Part shown: positions 15,510 through 25,254 of the stretch, one piece after another
Position numbering within the stretch: the first letter of the stretch is position 1
Layout: each line of letters opens with the position of its first letter
Virus record (IMG/VR): IMGVR_UViG_3300009031_000221
Coordinates: 1-64,000 of that record
Source of the DNA: a virus
Taxonomy: Duplodnaviria; Caudoviricetes
Length of the DNA stretch: 64,000 bases
Reading direction: 5' to 3' (one strand)
Translations under genes and position numbers: made by a program
The notes under the pieces: model-generated
What the model saw: only the letters and a program-made list of their open reading frames with translations
Database searches by the model: none
Told to the model about the DNA's origin: nothing

Positions 15510-18500
15510 ATGAGCATTGCACAGAAAATCGTGAAGGCGTACCTGAAGCGGATTGCCAATAACGAAGAATCCGCTGTTGCACCAGGTAGATTCATCGATC
15601 TAGCAGTCCTTCTAGTTGCCTACGATGCGTTTATTCGATACCTGGATGCAAAGGAAGCCGCGCCAAGTCCTCAGGAAAGGCGACTCGCAACCGTAGGGCT
15701 GACGCTTCTCAAGCGCTATAATGATGATCTCGCCAACTCCATCGTCCAGCTTCTAGGGCCTTTAGCGGAACGTACGGACGCAGGTTCTGTTCGTACCCCA
15801 ATCAATATGGCAATCCGTGTGACAACGGTCACTCCTCAAGGAATCGAATATCGTGCCAAGGCGCTTCGTGAAACACTCCCGTGGATCAAAACACATACGG
15901 TAGTATTCAACGACATATTCACAGGTAAAGTGGCGCGTGCCGCCCGTGAGTTGGCAAGTGTTATTGAAGAAGAAAGCCCCGCAAGTCTACTAAACAAATT
16001 GGCAAATGTTGCCCCCGTATCTGGTATCACGGCACCTCGTAAATGGGTTGAAGACGTAGCGAAGGAAGCGGGAGCCCCAATTTCATCCGTAGAGAATACA
16101 CTCGTCAATGCCCAGGTAGCCAAGGACTTGGGAGAGCAACTCGTCAAGATTGAAGCATCCCTTACAACCGTTTCATCGAATACACCGGAAGCCGCAGATC
16201 TTCAAGCACAACGTTCCGCCCTCATTGACCAACTGGGCAAGGTCGCTCAGCAATCTGCGAACCCGGATACGATTCTAGCGGTTGCAGCATCCGCAAAGCC
16301 TACACATCAATTCGCAACGGATACCGGCAGGAAGGTTGGACTTACCCCTGACCAGGAAGAAGCCATGATGGCCCGGGGTCGGGTTGTCATTGCTGCCGGT
16401 GCGGGTTCAGGCAAAACTCGAGTCCTGGCTTCCAAGGTTGCTTTCCACATCAATGAACAGGGCATCCCTGCCACATCCTTGTTGGCGACTTCCTTTACAG
16501 GGAAGGCATCAGCGGAATTAATCAAGCGGTGTGGAGATTACGGCGCCATCCTCCAAAAGGATGCCCTGAAGGGATTCGGCACGACGCACTCAATTGCGGG
16601 CGGAATCCTCAATGATCGTGCCCGTGATTTCCGGCGTCCCAATTATATTGGTAAAAAGGAAGGTTGGAAGCAGACAACCATCTTCCGTTTGGCAATGGAT
16701 CAGGTCAAGATGAAGGCTGACGGGGGACCGCCGCCAACGCCGAAGGGTATGTGGGATGACCAGATGGCAGGAGCCGGGGCGCCCCCCGTAGCCCCTCAAG
16801 CCCCGCGTCCTCAAGCCCCAACTCCACCACAAGGAGGCCCGCCGGCCGAATATCGGAATGCTGTTGACAACGCACTTGGATATTTCCAATGGGCGGTACG
16901 GACATGGAGTCCTAGCGGCCCTAGGGATTGGTTTGAGGGTCAAATCCCATTCCTACAAAGCATGCTAGGATCAGATCCTCGGACGTTGACGGACTGGGAA
17001 AAGCAGAAGCTTAATCGATTGTTTGAAAAGGTCAAAGGACGTGGAATTCAATACCGCGTTGCTGCAGGTATGGACCCGCCAGAAGCGGATGTCCCGAAGC
17101 CCAGAACCAAGCAAAACCAACTGGAAAAATACACATTCCACAGTGCCCCTGCCCGTGAATGGTTCAACCTAGGGCTAACCCTCGAGCGGGAAGATGCCAA
17201 AGGCAACAAGCAGCCTATCCCCATGGGGGAATTTCGACGTGCCGTTTCCATCCTAAAGGGGAAGGGCATTAGTCCTTCCCAAGCGTGGGCTGGAGAAGGC
17301 GGATACGGGATTGAATCCGATGCGGCGGCTGTCTATGCGGCTTATGAATGGATCAAGGGTTCTAACGGAGAAACAGAGTTTGCATCTACCGGAGACATGG
17401 ACGACATTCTGATTGATACCGTGAAGGCTTTGATCGGCAATCCTACATTACTACGCCAAATTCAATCACAGTTCAAGGTACTTCTCATCGACGAAGCACA
17501 GGACTTGAATCGGGTTCAACACGTCATGTTCGGTTTGATGGCAGGCTACCTTGATCCTGCAACCCTCAAGCCTTGGCCTGACGGGCATATGACGGCGGAT
17601 ACCTATAGCCTGATCGGAGATGATAAGCAATGTGTCGAGGTCAACACATTGATTTCCTTGCCGCAGGGCCAGACTAAACGGGCAGGGGATATGTGTGAGG
17701 GGGATGCCGTATTGTCATGGAGAAATGGAGAAATTGCCTCCCAAATGGTTCGTCATGCGATCATGTCGGATTGGGACTGGGGTTACAAAGTCACCTTGGA
17801 ATCCGGGAAATCCATCACGATGTCCCCCAACCACAAGCTATGGGCGACAGAACCACAAACCGAACTCCATCAAGTGGCAGTCTATCTGATGTTCCGTTCT
17901 GATATGGGCTACCGTGTCGGCATCACGAATAAGGGAAAAGTCGGATCCGATGACAGCTACTTGAATTCCTATGGTGGTCGATGCTTCATGGAAAAAGCCG
18001 AACGCCTTTGGATTCTGGATTTGTGTGAAAACCGGGATGAGGCCCTGACGAAAGAGGCACAGTATTCCCTTCGCTATGGCATCCCCACCGCGGTTTTCTG
18101 CGGTGAAAACCGCGGGTTGAACCAGGATCGCATCGACATGTTGTTCAGCGAATTTGGCGAGAACGGGTTGAAATTGTTGAATGATCACCACTTGTCGGCA
18201 CATTACCCCCATTGGATGTCGCAATCCTTCACCAAGCATGGTCGGGAACGGCATACCGTTCAGTTGATTGCACATACATCGTCCAAAACCCAGGTGGCAA
18301 TGGAATGGACAGGAGACAAGTTCGATTCTATTCTGGAAGGGGAAAATGTTCGTGTGACCATGGATGGCCGTCGTCGGTTGCGTCGGTGGTTTGTCAACTA
18401 TCGCAACGCTTTGGCCTTCGCCGAAAAAGTTGAACGGGTTACGGGGGCCAATCTTTCCCAACGATTGGCAGTACCGGGGGAAACCCCGTTGCGGAAAATC

Positions 18501-20048
18501 ACCGCGTCCGGGTTACACGCAGGAATGTCCATTCCCGTCCATGATGAAAACACCATCACACTTGAACACATCGTCACCATCGAAAAAGTGCCAGGACAAT
18601 TCATTGACTTGGACGTGGATGACGCCAGCAACTTCTTCGGAAACGGCATCCTCACATCCAATTCCATCTATGAATTCCGTGGTGCTGATCCCGAGGAATT
18701 CATTTCCAAGTCAAACCTAGTAGAAAACGGAGGGGACTTCAAGACCAAGCTCCTCGATATGAACTTCCGTTCCGGGGAAGCCATCGTCCAAGCCGCCAAT
18801 AAGCTCATTGCACATAACAAACGGCAAGTCCCCATGACTTGCCGGGCGAATGTGGACCGGAATGGTCAAGGACGTATCATTTCGAGGCTCTGCAATGACG
18901 TAGCAGAGGCAGCCGATACAGTTGCCGACGAAATTGCGGGCTTGGTTGAATCATCCCTCCCTGGAACAACCAAGTACAGTCACTTTGGTGTTGCCGTCCG
19001 GTCTAATTCCGAAGCCTATGCCTATGGTGTATCCATGCTCAAGGCAGGCATTCCGTTCAAATGCAATGTCCAGTTCTTCAGCGATTCCAATACCAAAGCA
19101 CTCATTGGTTGGTTGACCCTTGCAGACAAAGGCCTTGACGGGGATCCCAACTTGATCGAGGACGCCATTAGGGATTCTGTGAAGGCGCCTTTCTCGAACT
19201 TAGGCCCCGCATTCTTCGGGGCTATGGACGAGAGGGCACGTGGATCATGGGCACGTTGGCTGGTTGATGGGGGACATCAGCAAGTCTATCAAGGAGGCAA
19301 ATGGGCAGACATCCTTCGCCACTTCGTAAACAATATCGAAGCCGTTGCTGCTATGACAGGCACGCCCGCAGAAATCGTTGAGCATATTCTACAACTCCGC
19401 GGTGCTGATGGAACTTCCATGCGAGATGCCATGATCAAGTCCGTCACTGAAAACAGTGATTTGATGGCAGAGCTGGTTGCGGAATCTGAAAAGGGTGAGG
19501 TATCGGAGGATCAGATTGTTGAAATGGCATTGTCCCCCGTCGCACCCCTCATTGGTTTGATGAAGGGCAAGGACAACTTGGGTTCAGCAATGAACTACGT
19601 CCGCAAACTCAAGGATGTCAATTCCAAGTTGGCAACCCGAGATTCAGAGGATGAGATTGACCGGGATGCAGTCACCATCGGCACGATGCACAGTTGGAAG
19701 GGCCTTGAGATCCCAACCATGTACATCCCCATGGTTGGTTCCAAGTTTCCCCGTGCCAACAAGGAAGGGATCGCAGTAGATGGGCCAGAGCTTGCCTCGG
19801 AACGCCGCCTTGCCTACGTTGCTATCACCCGTGCCGAACAGCGTTGCGTTGTCCTAAATATCCCGCACCCCAAGTTCGCAACCACCAGCCAATTCATTTC
19901 TGAGGCATGTATCCCTATGGAAGGATCCAACCTTCCAGACGATGATGCCGATGGAGATACCGCAATCGCAAATAAGGTTGCATCTAGATGGGCAAAGGTA
20001 GATATGGATCAATCGTTCATATCCTCATGGGATCAAATCGAAGATTGA
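15510..20048 (+). CDS. UvrD/PcrA-family (SF1A) helicase with long N-terminal extension and an intein
   Basis: IAAGAGSGKT, SFTGKAS, TTHS, DMDDIL, LIDEAQD, GDDKQ/SIYEFRGA, NFRS, VRSN, TMHSWKGLE, ERRLAYVAITRAE. Likely start ATG 15510 (GAGG upstream), not 15402. Confidence 0.93.
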   Translation: MSIAQKIVKAYLKRIANNEESAVAPGRFIDLAVLLVAYDAFIRYLDAKEAAPSPQERRLATVGLTLLKRYNDDLANSIVQLLGPLAERTDAGSVRTPINMAIRVTTVTPQGIEYRAKALRETLPWIKTHTVVFNDIFTGKVARAARELASVIEEESPASLLNKLANVAPVSGITAPRKWVEDVAKEAGAPISSVENTLVNAQVAKDLGEQLVKIEASLTTVSSNTPEAADLQAQRSALIDQLGKVAQQSANPDTILAVAASAKPTHQFATDTGRKVGLTPDQEEAMMARGRVVIAAGAGSGKTRVLASKVAFHINEQGIPATSLLATSFTGKASAELIKRCGDYGAILQKDALKGFGTTHSIAGGILNDRARDFRRPNYIGKKEGWKQTTIFRLAMDQVKMKADGGPPPTPKGMWDDQMAGAGAPPVAPQAPRPQAPTPPQGGPPAEYRNAVDNALGYFQWAVRTWSPSGPRDWFEGQIPFLQSMLGSDPRTLTDWEKQKLNRLFEKVKGRGIQYRVAAGMDPPEADVPKPRTKQNQLEKYTFHSAPAREWFNLGLTLEREDAKGNKQPIPMGEFRRAVSILKGKGISPSQAWAGEGGYGIESDAAAVYAAYEWIKGSNGETEFASTGDMDDILIDTVKALIGNPTLLRQIQSQFKVLLIDEAQDLNRVQHVMFGLMAGYLDPATLKPWPDGHMTADTYSLIGDDKQCVEVNTLISLPQGQTKRAGDMCEGDAVLSWRNGEIASQMVRHAIMSDWDWGYKVTLESGKSITMSPNHKLWATEPQTELHQVAVYLMFRSDMGYRVGITNKGKVGSDDSYLNSYGGRCFMEKAERLWILDLCENRDEALTKEAQYSLRYGIPTAVFCGENRGLNQDRIDMLFSEFGENGLKLLNDHHLSAHYPHWMSQSFTKHGRERHTVQLIAHTSSKTQVAMEWTGDKFDSILEGENVRVTMDGRRRLRRWFVNYRNALAFAEKVERVTGANLSQRLAVPGETPLRKITASGLHAGMSIPVHDENTITLEHIVTIEKVPGQFIDLDVDDASNFFGNGILTSNSIYEFRGADPEEFISKSNLVENGGDFKTKLLDMNFRSGEAIVQAANKLIAHNKRQVPMTCRANVDRNGQGRIISRLCNDVAEAADTVADEIAGLVESSLPGTTKYSHFGVAVRSNSEAYAYGVSMLKAGIPFKCNVQFFSDSNTKALIGWLTLADKGLDGDPNLIEDAIRDSVKAPFSNLGPAFFGAMDERARGSWARWLVDGGHQQVYQGGKWADILRHFVNNIEAVAAMTGTPAEIVEHILQLRGADGTSMRDAMIKSVTENSDLMAELVAESEKGEVSEDQIVEMALSPVAPLIGLMKGKDNLGSAMNYVRKLKDVNSKLATRDSEDEIDRDAVTIGTMHSWKGLEIPTMYIPMVGSKFPRANKEGIAVDGPELASERRLAYVAITRAEQRCVVLNIPHPKFATTSQFISEACIPMEGSNLPDDDADGDTAIANKVASRWAKVDMDQSFISSWDQIED
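17631..18662 (+). mobile_element. Intein (344 aa) inserted in UvrD motif III
   Basis: Extein GDDKQ | CVEVNTLISL...TMSPNHKLW (block B TxxH)...IDLDVDDASNFFGNGILTSN | SIYEFRG; Cys1, terminal Asn, +1 Ser. Confidence 0.95.
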
Positions 20049-20058
20049 GGTGTAACCC

Positions 20059-22527
20059 GTGGAACGATTTGCCAAACAAGCAACCCCGGCAGAGATGGCT
20101 CAATTAGCAGCGGAATTCAATCGCATGCTGGGATTCGTATTAGCCAAAGCCGAGGATATCCGGTATCAGAAGGACAACAAGTACATTGTCCAGATGTATT
20201 TGGGCATGGCTTGGAACCCCTTCCATACCGCAGGGCTTTATCTAGCACAAGCAGTTTTGGGTTCCAAAGAAGTTCCAGAAAAGCAACGGAGCAACCTAGA
20301 CAAGGTGTCCCGGCTATTCATTTCCGCAGTCCGCATGCCCAATAAACCCATAGAATGGCTTGACAAGAACATCAAATTGTTGAACTTCCTCTATGACGCG
20401 GCAACCAAGTGGCCCGAAAAAACCGAAGGGGATCAGAAGTTCCCTCTTGGACCTTTCACGGTACACAACACTATGGGGTTGGATGGGGCAGACCTAGAAG
20501 GAACCAAGAGTACATTGGAACGTGCCTCTATCCTCATCAAGGGTTTGAACGTCCCCGGAATTGATAGAATCCTGTACGGCGATGTGATGATTGTAGGTAG
20601 GCTGCACAAAGGCAATACCCTTGCATGGTATGCCATTGCAGAAGATGTTGTCTATCTCCGCCCATTCAAGAATGCGGGTGCCGATGAGCTACATAACGTA
20701 ATTCATGAGTTGGGGCATCGGTATCTCCGTAAATTCGTAACCACAACTCTATGGGATGAATGGAAACGCTACCACGATATGATGCGTTGGCAGCCTTCCC
20801 CTACGGTAAAATTACCTGAAGTTGGGGAACCGCTACCATTCGATGTCACAGGGTTCAAACAGCGCCCTATCGTCCATAAGATCGTGGGGTTGGATTACTT
20901 CGTTGATGAAAGACGTTCTATATCACGTTCCACAATCAAGCAGTTCCTGGAATCCGAAGCCAAGTATCCCACACCATATTCTGCACAATCCGCCGAGGAA
21001 CACTTTTGCGAGGCAATGGCGCTCCGTGCCATGGGGAAATTGAAGGAACCGAACTTGTCGGCATTCAAGTTCATCGTAGAAGATGGCAAGACCGGATGGA
21101 ACGCCTTGAAGCTAGGCACCGCATTACCCCCAGGATGGACGACAACGCACGGGGAAGCGGGACGCCCGAACTACACCTCGCCTGATGAAGACGTACGGAT
21201 TCAGGACTCAGGACGTGGCCCCGAACGGTTCCAGATTCTGTATATCAAAGACGGTAAATTCCTTGAAGACATTGGATGGCCCTCATTGAGAGCCGCTTTG
21301 GAATATCTGGCAGGAAAACGAAACATTGGGGAACATCCAAAGCACCGACCCACGGAATCAGACAGGCTGCGGAATCAACGGGTACGAGAAGAAAACCAAA
21401 GGGATAAATCAGCCATGGCATCTACATACACCATGATCTCTCGTGACGCCCTAGAGGACTGGCTAAACACCATCCCATTGCATCACAAATGGCACATAAA
21501 GCCCGGAAAGGCAGGCGTCTACCTGCTACCCCTCTCAGACACCGTTGCCGTCAAACTGTCCTCTACCATAGGCACGTCCGATGATGCTATGGGTCGTGGT
21601 CAAGCCTCCATGCAGTTGGCTCTAATCAGCCTTGTGACTGGACAGGTTCTAAACAAGAAGGCTCAGGGTCAATCGCACTTTGCCCGTACCACCAACTGGC
21701 AGAAGAACTGGCGTACCGGATTCGATCGGATGAAGGAAGCCTATATGAAGGCTGAAGGCTTCTATGACGCCCTGGCAGCAATCAAGGATCGCGACCAGTA
21801 CAAGAAAGACCTACTTGAGAAAATTGAGTCCGTCCCCACATGGAGAAATGACAGGCTATTATCGGACTTCCATGACAAGCTCCTGCAAAATGGAATTCTA
21901 ACAGGCAAGCAGCAAGACCTTCTAGACAGGACCATAGAGCGCTCCCCTAAGGGTGAACCCGCACCTTTGAAGAATGTTCCTATGCCTTCATCCCTTCGGG
22001 ATCCCCCACCAGCACCGAAGCCGAATGCTGCCTATCGTGGCGATTGGGTACTCGTGCCAAATGACCCCAATTATGATGAACCTGATCCAGGGGGTAATAC
22101 ACCTACCTATTCAACGTACACGTTCACTATCACAGGGCCAGATAATGTCGAGTACGAGGAATACCAGACGCACATGGACGGAGGCGATGTAATAGATGCA
22201 CACCGCTTCAATTTCCAGCAAGCTTCTGATAAATGGCACGATCTTCTACGGAAGCGTTATGTCCCGCCCAAGTCTCAAACGGAACCCCCATTCCTGAAAG
22301 CGCCGCCAGTGCTCGAAGATCCGTTGGTTCAAGTATTACGGGACTTGTACCATGCGGCACAACGGGCACAGGATGGTTGGTTAATGGATTTCACGAAGTC
22401 CGTTGCCGGGCAAATTCAACAGGGACGCACAATATCGCCAAAGCAGATGGACATCATCAACAAGAGTCGTTCCCGATTCCGTGTTGCGTCTCGCTACTAC
22501 TTGGACTTCTTGCGCCGCTTGGCCTGA
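20059..22527 (+). CDS. Multi-domain (polyvalent-type) protein with zincin metallopeptidase domain
   Basis: HNVIHELGHRY plus downstream YPTPYSAQSAEEHFCEAMA (HExxH plus third-ligand Glu); several further small domains. Confidence 0.75.
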   Translation: MERFAKQATPAEMAQLAAEFNRMLGFVLAKAEDIRYQKDNKYIVQMYLGMAWNPFHTAGLYLAQAVLGSKEVPEKQRSNLDKVSRLFISAVRMPNKPIEWLDKNIKLLNFLYDAATKWPEKTEGDQKFPLGPFTVHNTMGLDGADLEGTKSTLERASILIKGLNVPGIDRILYGDVMIVGRLHKGNTLAWYAIAEDVVYLRPFKNAGADELHNVIHELGHRYLRKFVTTTLWDEWKRYHDMMRWQPSPTVKLPEVGEPLPFDVTGFKQRPIVHKIVGLDYFVDERRSISRSTIKQFLESEAKYPTPYSAQSAEEHFCEAMALRAMGKLKEPNLSAFKFIVEDGKTGWNALKLGTALPPGWTTTHGEAGRPNYTSPDEDVRIQDSGRGPERFQILYIKDGKFLEDIGWPSLRAALEYLAGKRNIGEHPKHRPTESDRLRNQRVREENQRDKSAMASTYTMISRDALEDWLNTIPLHHKWHIKPGKAGVYLLPLSDTVAVKLSSTIGTSDDAMGRGQASMQLALISLVTGQVLNKKAQGQSHFARTTNWQKNWRTGFDRMKEAYMKAEGFYDALAAIKDRDQYKKDLLEKIESVPTWRNDRLLSDFHDKLLQNGILTGKQQDLLDRTIERSPKGEPAPLKNVPMPSSLRDPPPAPKPNAAYRGDWVLVPNDPNYDEPDPGGNTPTYSTYTFTITGPDNVEYEEYQTHMDGGDVIDAHRFNFQQASDKWHDLLRKRYVPPKSQTEPPFLKAPPVLEDPLVQVLRDLYHAAQRAQDGWLMDFTKSVAGQIQQGRTISPKQMDIINKSRSRFRVASRYYLDFLRRLA

Positions 22528-22868
22528 GGCACCTCGATAGGCGCGACTTCGGGCTGAAACATTTCCATAATCATCAATTCAGGCGCAGGATTGTCCCCGA
22601 AGTAAGGGTTGAGCCGAGTGAGTATCTGAATCTGTACGAACTTTAGACTCTTGGCGGGGCGCAATACGTACTGTTCATACATCTGAGGTTCTGTACGGAA
22701 CTGCCCCGCCTTGATGTTGACCTTGGCAATACGGCTAGATGCGCTTGCCCCTTTCTCATCCCTATAGGTTACGGTGTCCCCGACACGCACGTCATCCAAA
22801 TTACCTTCTTCGGGGGTCTTTCCGGTAGCTCGCCGGTAGATGGTGACGTACTTATCCGTTGTATTCAT
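22497..22868 (-). CDS. Hypothetical protein (possible SH3/KOW-like core)
   Basis: VRVGDTVTYRD...SRIAKVN; 3' end overlaps the convergent metallopeptidase gene by 31 nt. Confidence 0.55.
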   Translation of the reverse strand: MNTTDKYVTIYRRATGKTPEEGNLDDVRVGDTVTYRDEKGASASSRIAKVNIKAGQFRTEPQMYEQYVLRPAKSLKFVQIQILTRLNPYFGDNPAPELMIMEMFQPEVAPIEVPQAKRRKKSK

Positions 22869-22877
22869 CGCAAAGCC

Positions 22878-23510
22878 CTACTGAAACAAGATGTCGAGGT
22901 TGTGTGTCTGGGCGAATGCCAGACCGTTGATCGGATCGAACTCCATCACTTCCGAACCCGTGTTATCAAGTGCCTTGTATCCGGTCACCTTGATACCAGA
23001 CCTTACCACCCGAAGGCTGCAAATGAGGCTATAGGGAACGCCCATGGCTTGCAAGGCATTGCTGACAGCCGTTGCCGCCATGACGCTTACGGTCGGCGTG
23101 CTCTTCCCCGTGTGGGGCTGAACAAGGTTTGCCACGGGGGCGGGCTTTGGCGGACGAACAGCAGGGACAGCGGCAGTCGGGAGCGGATGAGGCTGGATAC
23201 CCAACTTGGCGAGGTTGCCGGCGGACATCCGCACGTAGGGCGTGTTGGCCCACATGTAGCCTTTGGCGAGTTTGTCCGACACCCGGTTCCGGAGTTCCGT
23301 CCAATCCACCATGTTGTACTGCGGCTGCGATCCGATGGCACCGTGACCCGTTTCAACCTGTTCGTTCAGGCCTCGCCCCGTTGCGAACCAGTACTTGCTG
23401 GACTGGCCGGATGCATTTGCTGTGTTGGCACCCTGGTACTCCAGGCGAATCGTCCAAGGGCGATTCCGGGCAGCCGTGTTTTCCGCATCCGTGAGGGTAA
23501 GCATTGCCAT
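22878..23510 (-). CDS. WGR-like domain protein
   Basis: RLEYQG...SSKYW...VETGHGAIGSQPQ...SDKLAKGY, then a Pro/Ala linker and a second small domain. Confidence 0.7.
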   Translation of the reverse strand: MAMLTLTDAENTAARNRPWTIRLEYQGANTANASGQSSKYWFATGRGLNEQVETGHGAIGSQPQYNMVDWTELRNRVSDKLAKGYMWANTPYVRMSAGNLAKLGIQPHPLPTAAVPAVRPPKPAPVANLVQPHTGKSTPTVSVMAATAVSNALQAMGVPYSLICSLRVVRSGIKVTGYKALDNTGSEVMEFDPINGLAFAQTHNLDILFQ

Positions 23511-23513
23511 GAC

Positions 23514-23666
23514 CTAGACCTCCGCCTGAATGATGCGATTGGTTTCCTTCTTGACCCGCCGGCGGGCCACTCGCCGAGTGACCTTCTTAGGTGCATCATG
23601 GTTCGACAACACCTTCCGAAGCATCCCATGACGCATACGGGATTCGGCTTGATTGAATATGTCCAT
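23514..23666 (-). CDS. Small basic protein (50 aa)
   Basis: MDIFNQAESRMRHG...RRVARRRVKK; GGAGG upstream of ATG 23666. Confidence 0.6.
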   Translation of the reverse strand: MDIFNQAESRMRHGMLRKVLSNHDAPKKVTRRVARRRVKKETNRIIQAEV

Positions 23667-23668
23667 CG

Positions 23669-23836
23669 TTAGCCCTCCCGACTGTTGCGGCCGCGGCAGG
23701 CCTTCTTGTTGGCGGCGTGCTTGCGATCCTGGAAGGTGGCTGCACGGCCACGCCACATACCCACGGTGCCGCCAGCGGCAAAATGAGCCTTGCGAGCGGC
23801 AGCCTGGGACGCGGAGGTGTAATCATAGGGCTTCAT
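23669..23836 (-). CDS. Small basic protein (55 aa), not in the ORF track
   Basis: Manual translation MKPYDYTSASQAAARKAHFAAGGTVGMWRGRAATFQDRKHAANKKACRGRNSREG; first ORF after the repeated promoter motif. Confidence 0.6.
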   Translation of the reverse strand: MKPYDYTSASQAAARKAHFAAGGTVGMWRGRAATFQDRKHAANKKACRGRNSREG

Positions 23837-23873
23837 CGTTCATTCCGTCTGGGGTCGTTCGCCCCACATCCTA

Positions 23874-23901
23874 TCTACGCGGAACGAGGCAAAAGTAAGT
23901 C
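23874..23901 (-). promoter_or_regulatory. Repeated bipartite promoter-like motif, copy A
   Basis: GACTTACT-tttgcctcgttcc-GCGTAGA. Confidence 0.75.
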
Positions 23902-24566
23902 TAGCCCTGTGCCCCAGTAGTCAAAGTGAACCATCCATCTGAACCCATACTCACAATCTTAAAGTACCGGTAAGCCGTCGACATGGTATGTGATGTAACC
24001 GTACTCGGAGGGGGTACCTGATCATTCGGATAGATCGGTTCACTACTCACAGTGTTGATCACGACATTACCCACCCCCGACCCTATTCGAATGAATGTGA
24101 GTTCTTGTCCGTGATCCCCAGTTGCGGCATTCGGCAAAGTCACCGTCATCGATGTGCCCCCAGGTTCACATACAACAATCCTATCAGAGGTATTGATTGT
24201 CGCATCCCCAGTTATTTTGCGAAATGAACTTCCGCCACCTTGCGCTGGCGGGAAATCCCCCCAGATAGTGCCCGTGAATCGTGTTGCGTAGCCTAGGTAC
24301 TGCCCCCCGGTAATCAGATAGACCCCATTGGTTTCGGCGGATTCAAACGTATAGCTCGAGGATAGGGACTGATCTCCATCCACATAATTTGCAATCGATA
24401 GAGCATGCCCCGTGAATGCTCCTGTTGGGGCTACATCTATACCAATCCGTTCCCCCGCCACCATAGTCAATGTAGGCGCATTGACTACCCCTACGATTCC
24501 AGGCTTCCAGTTTGTAATCTGACCACCAACATCAACTTCCCGTACAACAGACCAATGATCAGCCAT
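23901..24566 (-). CDS. Short tail-fibre-like virion protein (paralogue of 25255-27993)
   Basis: N-terminal NWKPG...PTGAFTGH...SYTFE...RFTG and C-terminal SDR...MTVTLP.A...SMG.DGW are shared with the 912-aa gene. Confidence 0.7.
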   Translation of the reverse strand: MADHWSVVREVDVGGQITNWKPGIVGVVNAPTLTMVAGERIGIDVAPTGAFTGHALSIANYVDGDQSLSSSYTFESAETNGVYLITGGQYLGYATRFTGTIWGDFPPAQGGGSSFRKITGDATINTSDRIVVCEPGGTSMTVTLPNAATGDHGQELTFIRIGSGVGNVVINTVSSEPIYPNDQVPPPSTVTSHTMSTAYRYFKIVSMGSDGWFTLTTGAQG

Positions 24567-24575
24567 GATATGCCC

Positions 24576-25220
24576 CTACCGAAGTCCGAATGTTATGGAA
24601 ACAAACAACCCGGCTGCAACGAGATCTCCCAAGCTGGAGTCCACGTCAATAACGATACGGGTGTTTGCTACAAGATCCAAGTTAGCCGTTGTAACCGTCA
24701 ATGGAATCGGCGTAATGGTTTGTGCGACCAAGGCAGTCAAATCCGATGTCGGTGTAGACAACATGTTGACCAATCCCAAGTCCGGACCATGATTTACGGC
24801 TAGCGTATACGTCCCTGCGGTCAATGCAGCCGATTCAATGTAAGCTTGAACTTCTAGAACCTTGATGGCATAGGGGAACCACATGATCTCCCGAATAGTA
24901 TTACCGGGGGATATCAAGAATGGAACCCGAATCGTTTGGGCTACCAAGTCACCGAAGGCATCCCCCGCATGGAATGCCGCCGTGATATATCCTTGCTGCA
25001 GAAATTGCCGGATGTTCCCCGCCTCGAATGAGGTAGCTACCGTGGTGGAATACACCATCTGCACGAAGCCTGTAGGGGGCACGTATACAGGCCCCGCCTT
25101 CCGATAGCCCGCAGGGCCATCAGTTGCAGCCAATACGTCCGCAATCAGAATAGGAGTCGGGGCTGCAGGCGACACGGTCTTACCCGTGTGCGTCAACCGG
25201 ATCATCAAGCCTTCAGCCAT
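24576..25220 (-). CDS. Putative virion structural protein
   Basis: 214-aa beta-rich ORF between fibre genes; strong AAGGAG ribosome-binding site. Confidence 0.6.
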   Translation of the reverse strand: MAEGLMIRLTHTGKTVSPAAPTPILIADVLAATDGPAGYRKAGPVYVPPTGFVQMVYSTTVATSFEAGNIRQFLQQGYITAAFHAGDAFGDLVAQTIRVPFLISPGNTIREIMWFPYAIKVLEVQAYIESAALTAGTYTLAVNHGPDLGLVNMLSTPTSDLTALVAQTITPIPLTVTTANLDLVANTRIVIDVDSSLGDLVAAGLFVSITFGLR

Positions 25221-25254
25221 GGAAACTCCTTACCCTCACCCTATCCATTGGATA

